Virus record (IMG/VR): IMGVR_UViG_2595698890_000001
Location: 1 to 64,000 of that record
DNA length: 64,000 bases
Source: a virus
Taxonomy: Duplodnaviria; Caudoviricetes
Strand: one strand, 5' to 3'
Position numbers and translations under genes: made by a program. The notes below the pieces were generated by a model. It was not told the DNA's origin and ran no database searches. It was given only the letters and a program-made list of their open reading frames with translations. Shown here piece after piece: positions 25,706 to 36,596 of this stretch. Every line of letters begins with the position of its first letter. Position 1 is the first letter of the stretch.

Positions 25706-28551
25706 TGGCTGGAGAAAGCTATATCATCAAAGTCCGGCAGCAAGGTGCGCGAGAGGTCAAGCGATCTATCGAAGACATCGGAGCTGGTGCCAAGCGGACC
25801 ACAAACTCATTGGAGGCTATGCGTAAAGGGCTGAACCTCCTCTTGGGCTTGTACGGTCTGACAGCACTACAACAGTATGCCGACGAATACCAAAACTTGG
25901 ATGCAAAGCTGAAGATTGCAACGCATAGTACCGAAGAGCTGGCTCGTGCAGAGGACCAGCTTTTCCGCATTGCAAACAGAACGTATTCATCCTTCTCAAG
26001 TACCGTTGACCTATACGCACGTTTTGAGCGTTCTACCCGGAGCCTCAAGATTTCGCAGGACAACTTACTACAAATCACGGAGACCGTTAACAAAGCCATC
26101 GCGTTATCCGGTGCGAGTACTCAGGCTGCTAACGCTGCAATCCTACAGCTTGGTCAGGGTATGGCTGCGGGCACGCTGCGTGGTGACGAACTTAACTCCG
26201 TACTCGAACAGGCTCCACGACTTGCCGAGGCTATTGCTACAGGCATGGGTGTAGCGGTTGGTAACTTGAAGCGCTTGGGTGAGCAGGGTCTGATCACTAC
26301 CGAGCAGGTTCTGAACGCGCTAGCCTCTCAGGGTGCTGCAATCGACGAGGAGTTCCTGAACGTTAACCTGACCATCGGCAAAGCGATGGAGGTTCTTAAC
26401 AACCAGATATTGCGTGCTATCGGTCAGCTGGACAGCAAGTTAGGAATCTCATCTACTATTGCGAAAGCTTTAGTAACGTTGAGCCAAAACTTAGACCAAG
26501 TTGCAGGTGCTGCTTTAGGTGCCGCCGCTGGTCTTGCGGTCATGTACGCACCATCATTACTAAAAGGTTTAGTAACCGTTACCAGATTAGTAAAAGGTCT
26601 GACGCTGGCGATGGTTTCCAACCCGTTCGGTGCGATTGCAGTAGCCGCTGCCACCCTCATCGGTTATCTGACCGTAATGGGCGACCAGATTCAGCCCCTG
26701 AGCGATAGTTTCGCTACTGTGGCTGACTTTGCTACCGCTGGGTTCGATATGGCTTCAGAATCGCTCTCAGGGCTTTACAGCCTAATCGAGAACGATGTGA
26801 ATAACGCGCTGAACTCGATGCAGGGTCTTGCCGACGAGCTGTTTAGTAAAATGGGACCGATAATCGACCAAGCAATGGCTATCGCCTACGATGCTGTCAA
26901 CAAGGTGATCGGCGCGTTTGTAGTGGCTCGTAAGATTGCTGCCACCGTGTTCGAGGTTGCTCTGCGTGGGGCGTCTTCGCTATGGGAAGGTCTGACTGCT
27001 TTCTACGACTTCTCTGTCGGTCTTACTAAATCGCTGTTCCAGACAGTGGGTGGTATTGCCGATCAGGTATCGAAGAGCACTGGCATCACGATGGACCGAC
27101 TTTTAGTAAGCTTCAAGAATGTTCTGAACACAGCTATCGGTGTGTTTACAATCATTCCACGCTTGGCTTACCAGATGGCGGTTAGTGTGGCTAAGAACTT
27201 CGAGGCGCTGTTCGAGGACATAGGCAACATGGGTGATGCTACTATGGCTGCGCTCAAAGCTGCGTTCTCCGGTGGAGACTTTACAGCTGCCTTCGAAGCG
27301 ATTCGATCACAGTCTAACGGCGCGTTGACCGACATGCGCGGAGACATGGAAGGCGTTCTGAAGGAAACATTTAGTAAAGACTACGTGGGTGATTTGATTA
27401 CTCAGGTAGGCGTACTAAAAGACCAGTTCATGGACACCTTTGGCAGCGACCTTAGTAAAGACTACCTGAGCGATGCGCAAGTGTCTCTTAGTAATTTCTA
27501 CAAGGAGTTTAAAGCACGTGCTGAAGACGCCGCCACTGCACGTCTCGCAGCTGAGCAGGAAGTCACGGCTGAGTACGAGAAGCAAGACAAGATCATCACC
27601 GATAGTCCGGCATTCAGTACCGACCAGATTGCTGAGTTTACTAAGAAGCTTAACGGTATGCGTGAGACCCTTAACGGCATGAACCCAACTTGGGAGCGTT
27701 CACTAGAGGTGATCGGCACATGGCGTGACGGTGCCTTAGATGCTGTGGACAAGAACTGGGAGCGATACCAAGAGTACGCGGACATGGTTAACGAGGTAAC
27801 TCGTGAGAAGATCACGGCTGCGTACTGGGAGATGATGGATAGCTCTGAGAACGCATTCGAAGGCATGATCTCTAAAGCCAATGAGATGCAGAAGGAGTAC
27901 GACAACGTAGCCGCTCTGATGAAGAAGGGTATCGGGACAGTAATCGACGGACTTACTAACCAGTTAATGCAGTTCGCAATGACAGGTAAACTAAGCTTCC
28001 GTGAGCTGGCTTCTAGTCTGGCAATGTCCATCGCCCAGATGATGATGCGTATGCTTGTCATGCGTGCTGTTCTGGCAGCGTTGAACGTTATCCCGGGCTT
28101 CTCGGCTGCTATGGCTGGTGCCGACGTTGCTGGTCAGGCAATGACGGGGGCTGGCGCTGCCGCCAACTTCGCGCAATCCACGGCTACCCTCCAGCAGGGT
28201 ATGGGTCAGGCTCAAGCCGCTGGCGCTAAGATGTACGCTAAGGGCGGTATCTTTAGTAAGGGTGTGGAGATGTTCGCTAACGGAGCTGCGTTCACGAATA
28301 GCGTGGTGTCCCGACCAACGAACTTCGCAATGGCTGGCGGTCTTGGTATGATGGGCGAAGCAGGTCCCGAGGCAATCATGCCTCTATCACGAGGATCAGA
28401 CGGTAAGCTAGGCGTTCAGGCTAGTGGTTCCGCTTCTCCCGAGGTCAACGTGTACTTTGTACAGAGTGCCGAGGAAGCGGCAGAGCTTATGGCACAAAAC
28501 CCTAAAGCAGTTAATAAATTAGTAAGAGCAATAGACGAGGTTAAAGGATAA
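25705..28551 (+). CDS. tape measure protein
   Basis: Tape_meas-like N-domain (QLGQGMA.G.LRGDELNSVLEQAP), C-terminal GEAGPEAIMPL; 948 aa. Confidence 0.95.
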   Translation: MAGESYIIKVRQQGAREVKRSIEDIGAGAKRTTNSLEAMRKGLNLLLGLYGLTALQQYADEYQNLDAKLKIATHSTEELARAEDQLFRIANRTYSSFSSTVDLYARFERSTRSLKISQDNLLQITETVNKAIALSGASTQAANAAILQLGQGMAAGTLRGDELNSVLEQAPRLAEAIATGMGVAVGNLKRLGEQGLITTEQVLNALASQGAAIDEEFLNVNLTIGKAMEVLNNQILRAIGQLDSKLGISSTIAKALVTLSQNLDQVAGAALGAAAGLAVMYAPSLLKGLVTVTRLVKGLTLAMVSNPFGAIAVAAATLIGYLTVMGDQIQPLSDSFATVADFATAGFDMASESLSGLYSLIENDVNNALNSMQGLADELFSKMGPIIDQAMAIAYDAVNKVIGAFVVARKIAATVFEVALRGASSLWEGLTAFYDFSVGLTKSLFQTVGGIADQVSKSTGITMDRLLVSFKNVLNTAIGVFTIIPRLAYQMAVSVAKNFEALFEDIGNMGDATMAALKAAFSGGDFTAAFEAIRSQSNGALTDMRGDMEGVLKETFSKDYVGDLITQVGVLKDQFMDTFGSDLSKDYLSDAQVSLSNFYKEFKARAEDAATARLAAEQEVTAEYEKQDKIITDSPAFSTDQIAEFTKKLNGMRETLNGMNPTWERSLEVIGTWRDGALDAVDKNWERYQEYADMVNEVTREKITAAYWEMMDSSENAFEGMISKANEMQKEYDNVAALMKKGIGTVIDGLTNQLMQFAMTGKLSFRELASSLAMSIAQMMMRMLVMRAVLAALNVIPGFSAAMAGADVAGQAMTGAGAAANFAQSTATLQQGMGQAQAAGAKMYAKGGIFSKGVEMFANGAAFTNSVVSRPTNFAMAGGLGMMGEAGPEAIMPLSRGSDGKLGVQASGSASPEVNVYFVQSAEEAAELMAQNPKAVNKLVRAIDEVKG

Positions 28552-28554
28552 AAA

Positions 28555-29376
28555 ATGGCATTTCAAACGGGAACAGCCTCGGGCTACAAAGACCTGATGG
28601 CTAAGCTCCGAACGTTTGCTACAGCCAATGGGTGGGAGTCTGTTAAGTACTCCAACCCATCTAGTGGCGAGCACGAGCTAGTATTAAAATCCACAGGACC
28701 GGGCGGGGATGACTCCATCCATGTCGGCTACCGTACAGTCACCAACACAGCATCGGACTACTTCAACTGGGACTTATGGACATCGCAGGTGTACACAGGC
28801 GGTGACTTCTGGTCTCAGGCTGGGCAATCTCCGCGCCGCTGCTTACTACTATGGAATAACAATATTCCATACTGGTTTGTAGTTACTAAGCGAAGTATCG
28901 TCGTGGTGGCTAACGTAAGTACTACCTACCATGTTTCATACAACGGGCTGATCACTCCATACACCTCTAAGGGGCACTGGGTTGCTCCGCTAGCCAGCGG
29001 TGCCTCTAGTAGTGTTAATACCCTGCGCTGGTCGGACACGAGTGCTAACGTGGGTGGTCTGCAAAAGGTAAACGGTACGGCTACGATAACAATCCGCGAT
29101 AAGGACGGGAATTGGGCGAACGTACACACGATGTATCCGCATTCTGGAGGAGGTCCTATTTTACTAAATGGGTACTCCTCGGGAAACAAGGCGGTCCAAC
29201 AGTATATCTATTTTGCATCGGACCGTGTTCTGGGGGAGCCTGAGAACCTATTCTACGTGAATGGCGCTACACTACAGCCGGGACAGACTTTGAATAACGA
29301 ACAAGGCAATTTCGTATGTATCCCCAACATATTCCGGTCGGGGGTTCAGGATTTCTACGCAGTGAGGTTAGTATAA
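28555..29376 (+). CDS. virion tail structural protein
   Basis: MA.QTGTA....DL..KL..F...NGW; follows tape measure gene. Confidence 0.75.
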   Translation: MAFQTGTASGYKDLMAKLRTFATANGWESVKYSNPSSGEHELVLKSTGPGGDDSIHVGYRTVTNTASDYFNWDLWTSQVYTGGDFWSQAGQSPRRCLLLWNNNIPYWFVVTKRSIVVVANVSTTYHVSYNGLITPYTSKGHWVAPLASGASSSVNTLRWSDTSANVGGLQKVNGTATITIRDKDGNWANVHTMYPHSGGGPILLNGYSSGNKAVQQYIYFASDRVLGEPENLFYVNGATLQPGQTLNNEQGNFVCIPNIFRSGVQDFYAVRLV

Positions 29377-30305
29377 TGCCTTTTTACTCATTAACTGGGG
29401 TGGAGACACCCGAGAAATTGTTCGCAGCCGTAAAGGAGAAGTTAGAACTTAACGGCTACGCCAACGTAACAGCGACAGCTTCCTCCGTAGTGTTCGAAGG
29501 ACCTACCACAGCCTCCGGTCAGCGTTGGAGCGGCTACTGCTCGGTAGGTAAGCAAGGGTCGCAGCGGTCCTACTACACGTCTATCTCCGTGGGTGAGGGT
29601 GTGTCTGGAACATCCCACATCAACAGCTCGGGGAACGCGACTCCCCTGAATAACGGCAACTACAACAGACAGACTAACCATAACATCTGGATCAACGGTG
29701 ATACTACGTTGCAGCTCTTCATTACCAAGCGGGCGGTTATACTGCGTATAATCGGAAGAGACGCTGCCTACGCAAGCAGTGACTTCAACAATACGATGAT
29801 CGTGTATGCTCTGGGTAAGACTACCGGGGAGTTCGGAAGTAAAGACTTCATCCTGTGCTCAGGACCGCAGAGTAAAATAGTTGGTCGCTGGTACTACTCA
29901 ACAGCACTAGGCACTCCGTACAGGTCCTACAACGGCGGAGCTCCCGAGACCAACACCAAGATCTTAAAGTACGACACCGCTGGTAACAAGAGCTGGGCTA
30001 ACAGTAGATCGTCGGAGAATGGATTCTACGGTAAGGCGGGGGATGCTAACTCAGAGGGCAGGTACATGGGGATTCTTAGTAAGATGAAATTCCCAGATAG
30101 TATGACCACCGTGATGATGCCGATGTACATCCGGTCAGGGGGAGAGCTCTACGGTGAGCTAGACAGTATGAGAGCCGTCCCCATGACTTACTACAACACG
30201 GGAGGCTCCTTCACACTAAACTCCAAGAAATGGCTGGTGTGCAGTACCACGGAGTACCGAGCGGACAACAACGCGCACATGGGCTTCGCGCTGAGAGAGG
30301 ACTGA
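29376..30305 (+). CDS. virion tail structural protein
   Basis: Architecture resembles upstream gene (GELD near C-terminus); TAATG coupling. Confidence 0.7.
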   Translation: MPFYSLTGVETPEKLFAAVKEKLELNGYANVTATASSVVFEGPTTASGQRWSGYCSVGKQGSQRSYYTSISVGEGVSGTSHINSSGNATPLNNGNYNRQTNHNIWINGDTTLQLFITKRAVILRIIGRDAAYASSDFNNTMIVYALGKTTGEFGSKDFILCSGPQSKIVGRWYYSTALGTPYRSYNGGAPETNTKILKYDTAGNKSWANSRSSENGFYGKAGDANSEGRYMGILSKMKFPDSMTTVMMPMYIRSGGELYGELDSMRAVPMTYYNTGGSFTLNSKKWLVCSTTEYRADNNAHMGFALRED

Positions 30306-31981
30306 TGGCAGACGGATACTTACTAACTGGGGCGCTATGGTCCCAGTTGATACCAGACCCACCGATCCCTACACCGCAGCCACTGTATGACGGGGGTCGG
30401 AACTTAACGTACGCTTCTCCGGGATCAGTTAGGGCTCGTGAGCAGCCGCCTACAGGCAGGAAGGCTTACTCCCACTTGGGATTCTGGGAGGACTTCAAGA
30501 ACACCCTGTTCATACAGCCACAGGAGATTGACCTCGGGGCGATCCTAACGGCTAGTACGCACTCAATTAAGGTGTGGTCCTCGTACGAGACCACCCTTAC
30601 AGCACCGAGTGTAACCGCCACCGGAACAACTGGTCTGGAGATCTCAGGCACTACCAGCAACGTCAAGCTGTATCCGTATGGTGGCTTCCAAGACTATACG
30701 GTCAGCGTTACTATGGGAGTGGTAGGCGTTCTTGATGCTAAGTATAAATGGGAGTTCCCGAGCATACCGGACGCACTGAAAACTCTTAGTATTACGGGCA
30801 CGAGGGTTATCATCTACGATGCGCCCCCACAGAAGCGCGTGCAGGAGAAGTTGTCGTGGAAGACGCAGGTGATTAAGACGATCAACACGGACGAGCAACG
30901 CCTCAGACTGCGTGAGCGACCTGAGTACTCTGTCACCTACAAGGCATTGTTGCGTATTGAGGACTCCACGGCGTATGAGGCTATGATGTTCGGCTTAGGT
31001 TCGGGCGCTCTGGCTGTCCCGCTATGGCATGAGAGCGTTAGGCATAATGGGACTATCCCTGCGGGCGCTAAGTCTATCAACATCCCGACCAACCTTAGTA
31101 ACTTCGCGCAGGGTCAGCGTGTTGTTCTGTGGGCGGGCATGGACTCTTACGAGACTGTAGAGCTAGCGTCTGTGGGTAGCGGCACGATGTCGTTCAAGGC
31201 AGCTACACTCAGGGCGTGGGAATCTCCTCTAGTAATACCGCTGTACTACGGTAACGTGGATAAGAGCTCGTACGGAAAGTACCGTGTATCAGCTGTGGCA
31301 AGCACAGTGCAGTACACTATGGTAGATACGCTAGACATAGGGACAAGACAACCATACCCGACTTACGAGGGACTGGCGATCCTTACGGACACGCTTTTTA
31401 CTTTTAGTAAAAACGCCCCGACGGACATCCACCACGACACCCACGAGCTCAAACTAGGGTTTAAACCGCCGACAAATGTAGCCAAGTTCAAGTACCCAAG
31501 TGTTACTAAGGACTGGGATGTTGTTCTGTATGGTCAGGAAGATGTGCTCAACTTCAAGAAATGGCTTAACCTACTTGGTGGGCAGCAAAAGCCATTCTGG
31601 TATCGCACGGGGCGCAAGGAGATTCTTCCTTTTGGAACGTCGCTGACCACGGGTAAGGACCTAAAAATAAAGGACGTGGGGTATGCGGAGTACTACGCCG
31701 GGGTTGCTACGCGGAAATGGATTGCAGTGCAGCGAAAGAGCGATATGTCTTGGCAGTACTTCTCTGTTACTAAAGCTACTAAGGGTGAGTCTTCTCCGGG
31801 AGACTCTAAATTTGAGATCCTGACGTTGGACAGGAACCTCCCGTACGAGATAGACCCTTCGGCGGTGGAGATGATCTGCCTACTTATTCCAGTACGACTT
31901 GCTTCCGATGAGGTTGTGATAGACTGGGAGGACCTAACGTACGCTAGAAGTTCACTCAAGATATTGGAGGTTAGTAAATAA
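30305..31981 (+). CDS. distal tail / tail assembly protein
   Basis: E.L.W.T.V......EQR..LR..P, PLW, L.GQ.KPFW, VRLASD. Confidence 0.75.
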   Translation: MADGYLLTGALWSQLIPDPPIPTPQPLYDGGRNLTYASPGSVRAREQPPTGRKAYSHLGFWEDFKNTLFIQPQEIDLGAILTASTHSIKVWSSYETTLTAPSVTATGTTGLEISGTTSNVKLYPYGGFQDYTVSVTMGVVGVLDAKYKWEFPSIPDALKTLSITGTRVIIYDAPPQKRVQEKLSWKTQVIKTINTDEQRLRLRERPEYSVTYKALLRIEDSTAYEAMMFGLGSGALAVPLWHESVRHNGTIPAGAKSINIPTNLSNFAQGQRVVLWAGMDSYETVELASVGSGTMSFKAATLRAWESPLVIPLYYGNVDKSSYGKYRVSAVASTVQYTMVDTLDIGTRQPYPTYEGLAILTDTLFTFSKNAPTDIHHDTHELKLGFKPPTNVAKFKYPSVTKDWDVVLYGQEDVLNFKKWLNLLGGQQKPFWYRTGRKEILPFGTSLTTGKDLKIKDVGYAEYYAGVATRKWIAVQRKSDMSWQYFSVTKATKGESSPGDSKFEILTLDRNLPYEIDPSAVEMICLLIPVRLASDEVVIDWEDLTYARSSLKILEVSK

Positions 31982-32793
31982 TGAGCTACAACGGTAAAGA
32001 GGGTAGCTTGTATGATGGTAGACCAGTAACGGTCTACCACTTCAACTACGGCGGTAAAGACTACTGGTACACTTCAGCTGATACGGCTATAAAAGACCCC
32101 ACGGGGTCTTTCGATATTCCACCAGTCCACATTAAGCACGGAACGATCAAGGAGACTACCGAGGACAAGCGTGCTTCCGTCAAGATAGAGCTGGACGCAC
32201 ACACGGACCTTGGGAAAGCCCTGCGGGTCAACCCCGTAGATTCAGTGTGTAAGGTGAATATACTGCGAACACATCGTAACGACACTGCTAAGCAGTGGGT
32301 CTACTACTGGAGAGGTAACGTGTCGTTGGTGGGTAGGGAGGAAGCTCAAGTGCTAGCCCTTGAGTGCTCACACATGCTTACCGCGCTTGCGACTGGCGGG
32401 CTTAGAGCCCGATACAACTACCACTGCCCACACGCGCTGTACGGACCGAGCTGTAGAGCCAAGGTGACACCCGATAAGACTAAGGAGTTCGTGGTTTCAG
32501 CAATCTCCGGGAGCCATGTCAGCCTGACCGGGTGGTCTGCGACAAAATGGTGGGATGGTGGTCAACTACATTTTGCCAGTGAGAGTCATAGGCGTTACAT
32601 TATGACCTCCAACACTACGGGTGTTACGCTAGACGCCGTTCCTCGGGGTCTGTCCGTAGGGGATACAGTTACCCTACAAGCAGGGTGCGACCGGACTAAG
32701 GCTACGTGCCAAACTAAGTTTAGTAACCTGCCAAATTACGGCGGCTACCTAGCGGTCCCGGTAAAGAACCCGTTCCAAGACGGGATTGTTTAA
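31981..32793 (+). CDS. tail tip protein, BR0599/DUF2163-like with Cys cluster
   Basis: CPHALY...C and GCDRT..TC..KF.N..NYGG...VP.KNP. Confidence 0.85.
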   Translation: MSYNGKEGSLYDGRPVTVYHFNYGGKDYWYTSADTAIKDPTGSFDIPPVHIKHGTIKETTEDKRASVKIELDAHTDLGKALRVNPVDSVCKVNILRTHRNDTAKQWVYYWRGNVSLVGREEAQVLALECSHMLTALATGGLRARYNYHCPHALYGPSCRAKVTPDKTKEFVVSAISGSHVSLTGWSATKWWDGGQLHFASESHRRYIMTSNTTGVTLDAVPRGLSVGDTVTLQAGCDRTKATCQTKFSNLPNYGGYLAVPVKNPFQDGIV

Positions 32794-32813
32794 GTTTAGT
32801 AAAAGGGGGTTTT

Positions 32814-33053
32814 ATGGCAATACAAGCACTGTGGTATCTAGTTGTGCTAGTGGTGGCGCTCATAGTCGCTGTAGCTCTAGCGCCCAAACCACCAAAACCG
32901 GATTCACCACAGACTGATGACATTAACGCTCCGACAGCTTCCGAGAACGAGCTAATCCCGGTGGCTTTCGGAACCACGTGGCTACAGAAGCCAAACATAG
33001 TCTGGTACGGTAAAACTGGCACGGACGAGATTAGGACGAAAGGTGGTAAGTAA
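32814..33053 (+). CDS. small tail assembly protein
   Basis: PTA.E...IPV.FGT.....PN..WYG ... KGGK. Confidence 0.75.
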   Translation: MAIQALWYLVVLVVALIVAVALAPKPPKPDSPQTDDINAPTASENELIPVAFGTTWLQKPNIVWYGKTGTDEIRTKGGK

Positions 33054-33298
33054 TGGCAGACCGCGTAGAGCTCCTGCCGGGGGAGGAGGATTTCAGGATC
33101 TTCCTCTCCGATTTCGATCAGGAGTCTGTAAAACAATTCAACTGTCATAGCGGTATGCGTGACAAGTGCTCCCACTACGACCTTGACTGGTGGGATTTTC
33201 TTAACAACGGGATCATGTTTTCAGAGTTGCAAGCACTGGAGGATGGTCAGGTAAACCGATGCTTAGTGGAGATTTTAAATGGGCGGCGGAAAGGGTAG
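33053..33298 (+). CDS. small tail assembly protein
   Basis: C..G.R......LDW.DFL.NGI motif in tail tip module. Confidence 0.7.
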   Translation: MADRVELLPGEEDFRIFLSDFDQESVKQFNCHSGMRDKCSHYDLDWWDFLNNGIMFSELQALEDGQVNRCLVEILNGRRKG

Positions 33299-35837
33299 TA
33301 AGAGTCAGGTAACGGGCTATAAGTACTACGGATCGATGCACCTTGTACTCTGCCATCGTGGTATCGAGTCGATAGACCGAATCCGCGTAGGCGATAAAGT
33401 AGTATCGAGTGAGGTGATCACTCGTAGTAACAATCTAAAACTAATGGACAAGTGGAACACTTTTGGCGGCGATAAGCGCGAGGGTGGTGTAGTAGGTTTT
33501 ACTAAATTCTTCTTCGGAGACGACGACCAGTACGTTAGCTCCGTCATCGACGGGCTGTTCGAGAGTGGCATTGCGTACCGTGGAGTTGTGTCTGCGGTAA
33601 TGCCGAAGATGTACTTCTCGGCAAACAACCCGTACATCAAGCCGTGGTCGTTTCGCGTCCGGTCTTTCCCAGACACTCCGGGGCTAAGCAGAACACATGT
33701 TAAGATCGCTATCTCTGATGGTGTGGAGAACATGAACCCAGCACATATCATCTACGCTTGCTTAGTATCTCGCAGTGACCGTTGGGGTCTTGGTCTTAAC
33801 TACCAGGATGATATAGATGTAGGCTCGTTCGCTTCAGCTGCCCAGATTATGTACACCGAGAAGCTGGGTCTGGGAATTTCATGGGATAACAACGCCGGGG
33901 TAGACGACTTCATACAGGAGATCCTACGGCACATAGACGGCGCTTTATTTGTGGACCAGACAAGCGGCAAGCTGAAGCTGAAGCTTTTCCGTGGCGATTA
34001 CAAGGTCGAGGATTTGGACACGCTCGATGGCAGCATAATTCACGACATTGAGAAGTTTGACTACCCACAGTGGGGCAATATAACCACTCAAGTCACTGTT
34101 AGTTACGTGGACGCAGCTGAAGGAAAGCACAAGCCTGTGACTGTTCATAACGTTGCAGCGCGTGACATTCAGGGGAGAGACGTAGCCGCAGAGCTCAAAT
34201 TCCCGGGAATTAACAATAAGTGGTTGGCTAACCGAATTGCTTCACGAGAGCTCAACCAGTTGTCCCGACGTTTAGTAAATGGCGTGCTGATCTGTAACCG
34301 AAAAGCGTCCAAATACTCGATAGGCGATGTAGTAATCGTTGACCTGCCTGAGCGCGAGTTGGATAAGTTAGTAATGCGCGTGATAGAGAAGGCGTACGGG
34401 TCGGAGCTGGATGAGAAGGTACGCCTTACGGTAGTTGAGGACACCTTCAAGACTGTAGACCCGCTGGTGACAGACGACAGCGATTCCAGCTGGACGAGTC
34501 CAGACAAAGCGCCGGAGCCTGTGGACTACCAGAAGCTCACTGAAGCCACCTACTGGGAAGTCGTTTCTTTCGTAGGCGACTCGCCTATCGACTGGGACAC
34601 ACTGGGTGACAACTTCGGCTTTGTGCGTACTCTGGCAGTTAGCGACGTTGGTTTCGGTTACGACATCTATTCCACGACTGGGGGCAGTAGCGGTACTTTC
34701 GAAGATAAGTCAGACGGTCAGTTTACTAACCGTGGGCAGCTTACAGCAGCCCTACCTATAAATACCCCAGCGGAGACAAAAGTCCTCGTCAAGAATCTAC
34801 AGGACAAGAGCATCGTGCCTACCAATGTTCCAGTGCTAATCGGCGCGGAATGGTGTTGGCTTAAAGCGTTCAATCAGCTTACAGGCGAGATGACCGTGCT
34901 CCGTGGTATCAATGACACCGTTCCAGCTGCCCACGCTATTGATACTGAGGTGTGGGTATGTCGTGACGTAGGAACCTCGTTTGACACTACTAAGTATCTA
35001 GTGGGGCAGACAGCGACGGTTAAGCTTCTTACTAAGACTCCTTCGGGCACACTAGCTCTTAACAGGGCTCCAAGCGCGTCGATAACCCTGAGTAACCGAG
35101 CGCACAGACCGTACCCTCCAGCACGACTACGCATCAACGGATCGTATCTGGCTACGTCCTCTGGGGAACGCCTGAAGGTGGAGTGGGTACACCGCAACCG
35201 TCTAATGCAGTCTGATAAGGTCCCTATGTCTCAAGCAGACGGTAGTATTGCTTCAGAGGCGGGCGTAACCTACGAGCTGGCTATCAAGGGCGCGGTGAGT
35301 GGTACGGCGCTGATTGACAAGAAGGGTATTACTGGGACACTCGAAGAGATTAACCAGAAGGACCACTTGTACAAACTGAGCCGTGCAGACAAGCAGGTGC
35401 GCGTAGAGCTACAATCACGTCGCGCTTACGGAAAGTCTACGCTGACATCGTTTACTAAATGGAACCACCTAGTAACATGGAACCCGCCGGAGACCGACAC
35501 AGTTACCCCGGAAGGTGGTCAGGCATACAAGCTAGGCGACCGTGTTAACGACATCCACCTCCAGTACAAGGACTCGTACGCAGAATACAAGTTCGACCTA
35601 TCGGCGGACCGTGCGCGTAACAACGCCCTCACCATCGAGGTTCGCAAGACGAACATGCAGGGTGAGATGATCCAAGTTGAAGTATTCCGAAACAATAGTC
35701 GCGTGTACAACAGTACTAAGCAGGTTGGTAGTATCTGGCGGGTCAGTTCGCTCCAAGAAGGTGCGTACCGGATCAAGATGAGCAACAAGTCTACTGTTAC
35801 GGATGTAAACATGCTGGCAAGACTTGTTCCAGCGTAA
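33279..35837 (+). CDS. central tail tip / host specificity protein (Phage-tail_3-like)
   Basis: GYKYY..MH..LC, NPY.KPW, MNPAHII, RG..DTVP..H, R..RPYPP. Confidence 0.85.
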   Translation: MGGGKGSKSQVTGYKYYGSMHLVLCHRGIESIDRIRVGDKVVSSEVITRSNNLKLMDKWNTFGGDKREGGVVGFTKFFFGDDDQYVSSVIDGLFESGIAYRGVVSAVMPKMYFSANNPYIKPWSFRVRSFPDTPGLSRTHVKIAISDGVENMNPAHIIYACLVSRSDRWGLGLNYQDDIDVGSFASAAQIMYTEKLGLGISWDNNAGVDDFIQEILRHIDGALFVDQTSGKLKLKLFRGDYKVEDLDTLDGSIIHDIEKFDYPQWGNITTQVTVSYVDAAEGKHKPVTVHNVAARDIQGRDVAAELKFPGINNKWLANRIASRELNQLSRRLVNGVLICNRKASKYSIGDVVIVDLPERELDKLVMRVIEKAYGSELDEKVRLTVVEDTFKTVDPLVTDDSDSSWTSPDKAPEPVDYQKLTEATYWEVVSFVGDSPIDWDTLGDNFGFVRTLAVSDVGFGYDIYSTTGGSSGTFEDKSDGQFTNRGQLTAALPINTPAETKVLVKNLQDKSIVPTNVPVLIGAEWCWLKAFNQLTGEMTVLRGINDTVPAAHAIDTEVWVCRDVGTSFDTTKYLVGQTATVKLLTKTPSGTLALNRAPSASITLSNRAHRPYPPARLRINGSYLATSSGERLKVEWVHRNRLMQSDKVPMSQADGSIASEAGVTYELAIKGAVSGTALIDKKGITGTLEEINQKDHLYKLSRADKQVRVELQSRRAYGKSTLTSFTKWNHLVTWNPPETDTVTPEGGQAYKLGDRVNDIHLQYKDSYAEYKFDLSADRARNNALTIEVRKTNMQGEMIQVEVFRNNSRVYNSTKQVGSIWRVSSLQEGAYRIKMSNKSTVTDVNMLARLVPA

Positions 35838-35892
35838 CCTAGTGCTCAAGTATTAGTATGTGAGCTTTTCTGTAACTAATTGAGGTGATAGT

Positions 35893-36312
35893 ATGAACGC
35901 CGCTGTTAATAGTAAGGGTCGTGATGATCCGAACGTGGTTGAAATGTGTCCGAAAGGACCTTCTAGTAAGGGGGATGGCAATGTGCCAAATGATACAAAC
36001 AAGCACATAGCTGCGGTACTCGTCCTACTGGTAGCGGGGGCGATTACTTGGGCTGGGTTTCAACTCAGCGACAATAACGCAGCAATGAGGGCTCAGGCGG
36101 TCGTCTCGCAGAGTCAGAACGATTTACTTAAACAACTCACATCCGATGTCAGGATCATCCAAGGTGGCTTGGCGACGCAAAATGGGGACCTCCGTGTACT
36201 GCGGACAGACCTGAATAACACCATGAACCGTGTTGACCGCATCGAAGGTGCGCAGCAGTTCTTGGACCAGAAAGTAATGTCTGCATTAGCGGACAAGGCA
36301 AAGGAGCAATAA
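35893..36312 (+). CDS. single-TM coiled-coil protein of lysis cassette (holin/antiholin-like)
   Basis: One TM helix then coiled coil; precedes holin and endolysin. Confidence 0.55.
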   Translation: MNAAVNSKGRDDPNVVEMCPKGPSSKGDGNVPNDTNKHIAAVLVLLVAGAITWAGFQLSDNNAAMRAQAVVSQSQNDLLKQLTSDVRIIQGGLATQNGDLRVLRTDLNNTMNRVDRIEGAQQFLDQKVMSALADKAKEQ

Positions 36313-36314
36313 CG

Positions 36315-36596
36315 ATGAAGATGCGCGAGATGCTAATGCTCGCGCTATCCATTGTGATAGCGTTAGCGGTGGTAATGCTTATGGCGGACCCATCAACGTT
36401 TGGTTTAATCTTAGTAAAGACAGCTAAGGCGGTAGTCGCGCTGGCAGCTTTACGTCTAACAGTCTACTACTTGGACAAGGTGGTAGGCATCGACTTCAAG
36501 AAAGCGATGGGGGGATGGGATGGTCAGGCTATGGCTATTTATCTCGGTGCTCGTTTCATTGGTGCTGCCGTTCTCTTCGGCTGCGTCTTTGGTTAA
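36315..36596 (+). CDS. holin
   Basis: 93 aa, about 3 TM segments, MKM dual-start-like N-terminus, upstream of endolysin. Confidence 0.7.
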   Translation: MKMREMLMLALSIVIALAVVMLMADPSTFGLILVKTAKAVVALAALRLTVYYLDKVVGIDFKKAMGGWDGQAMAIYLGARFIGAAVLFGCVFG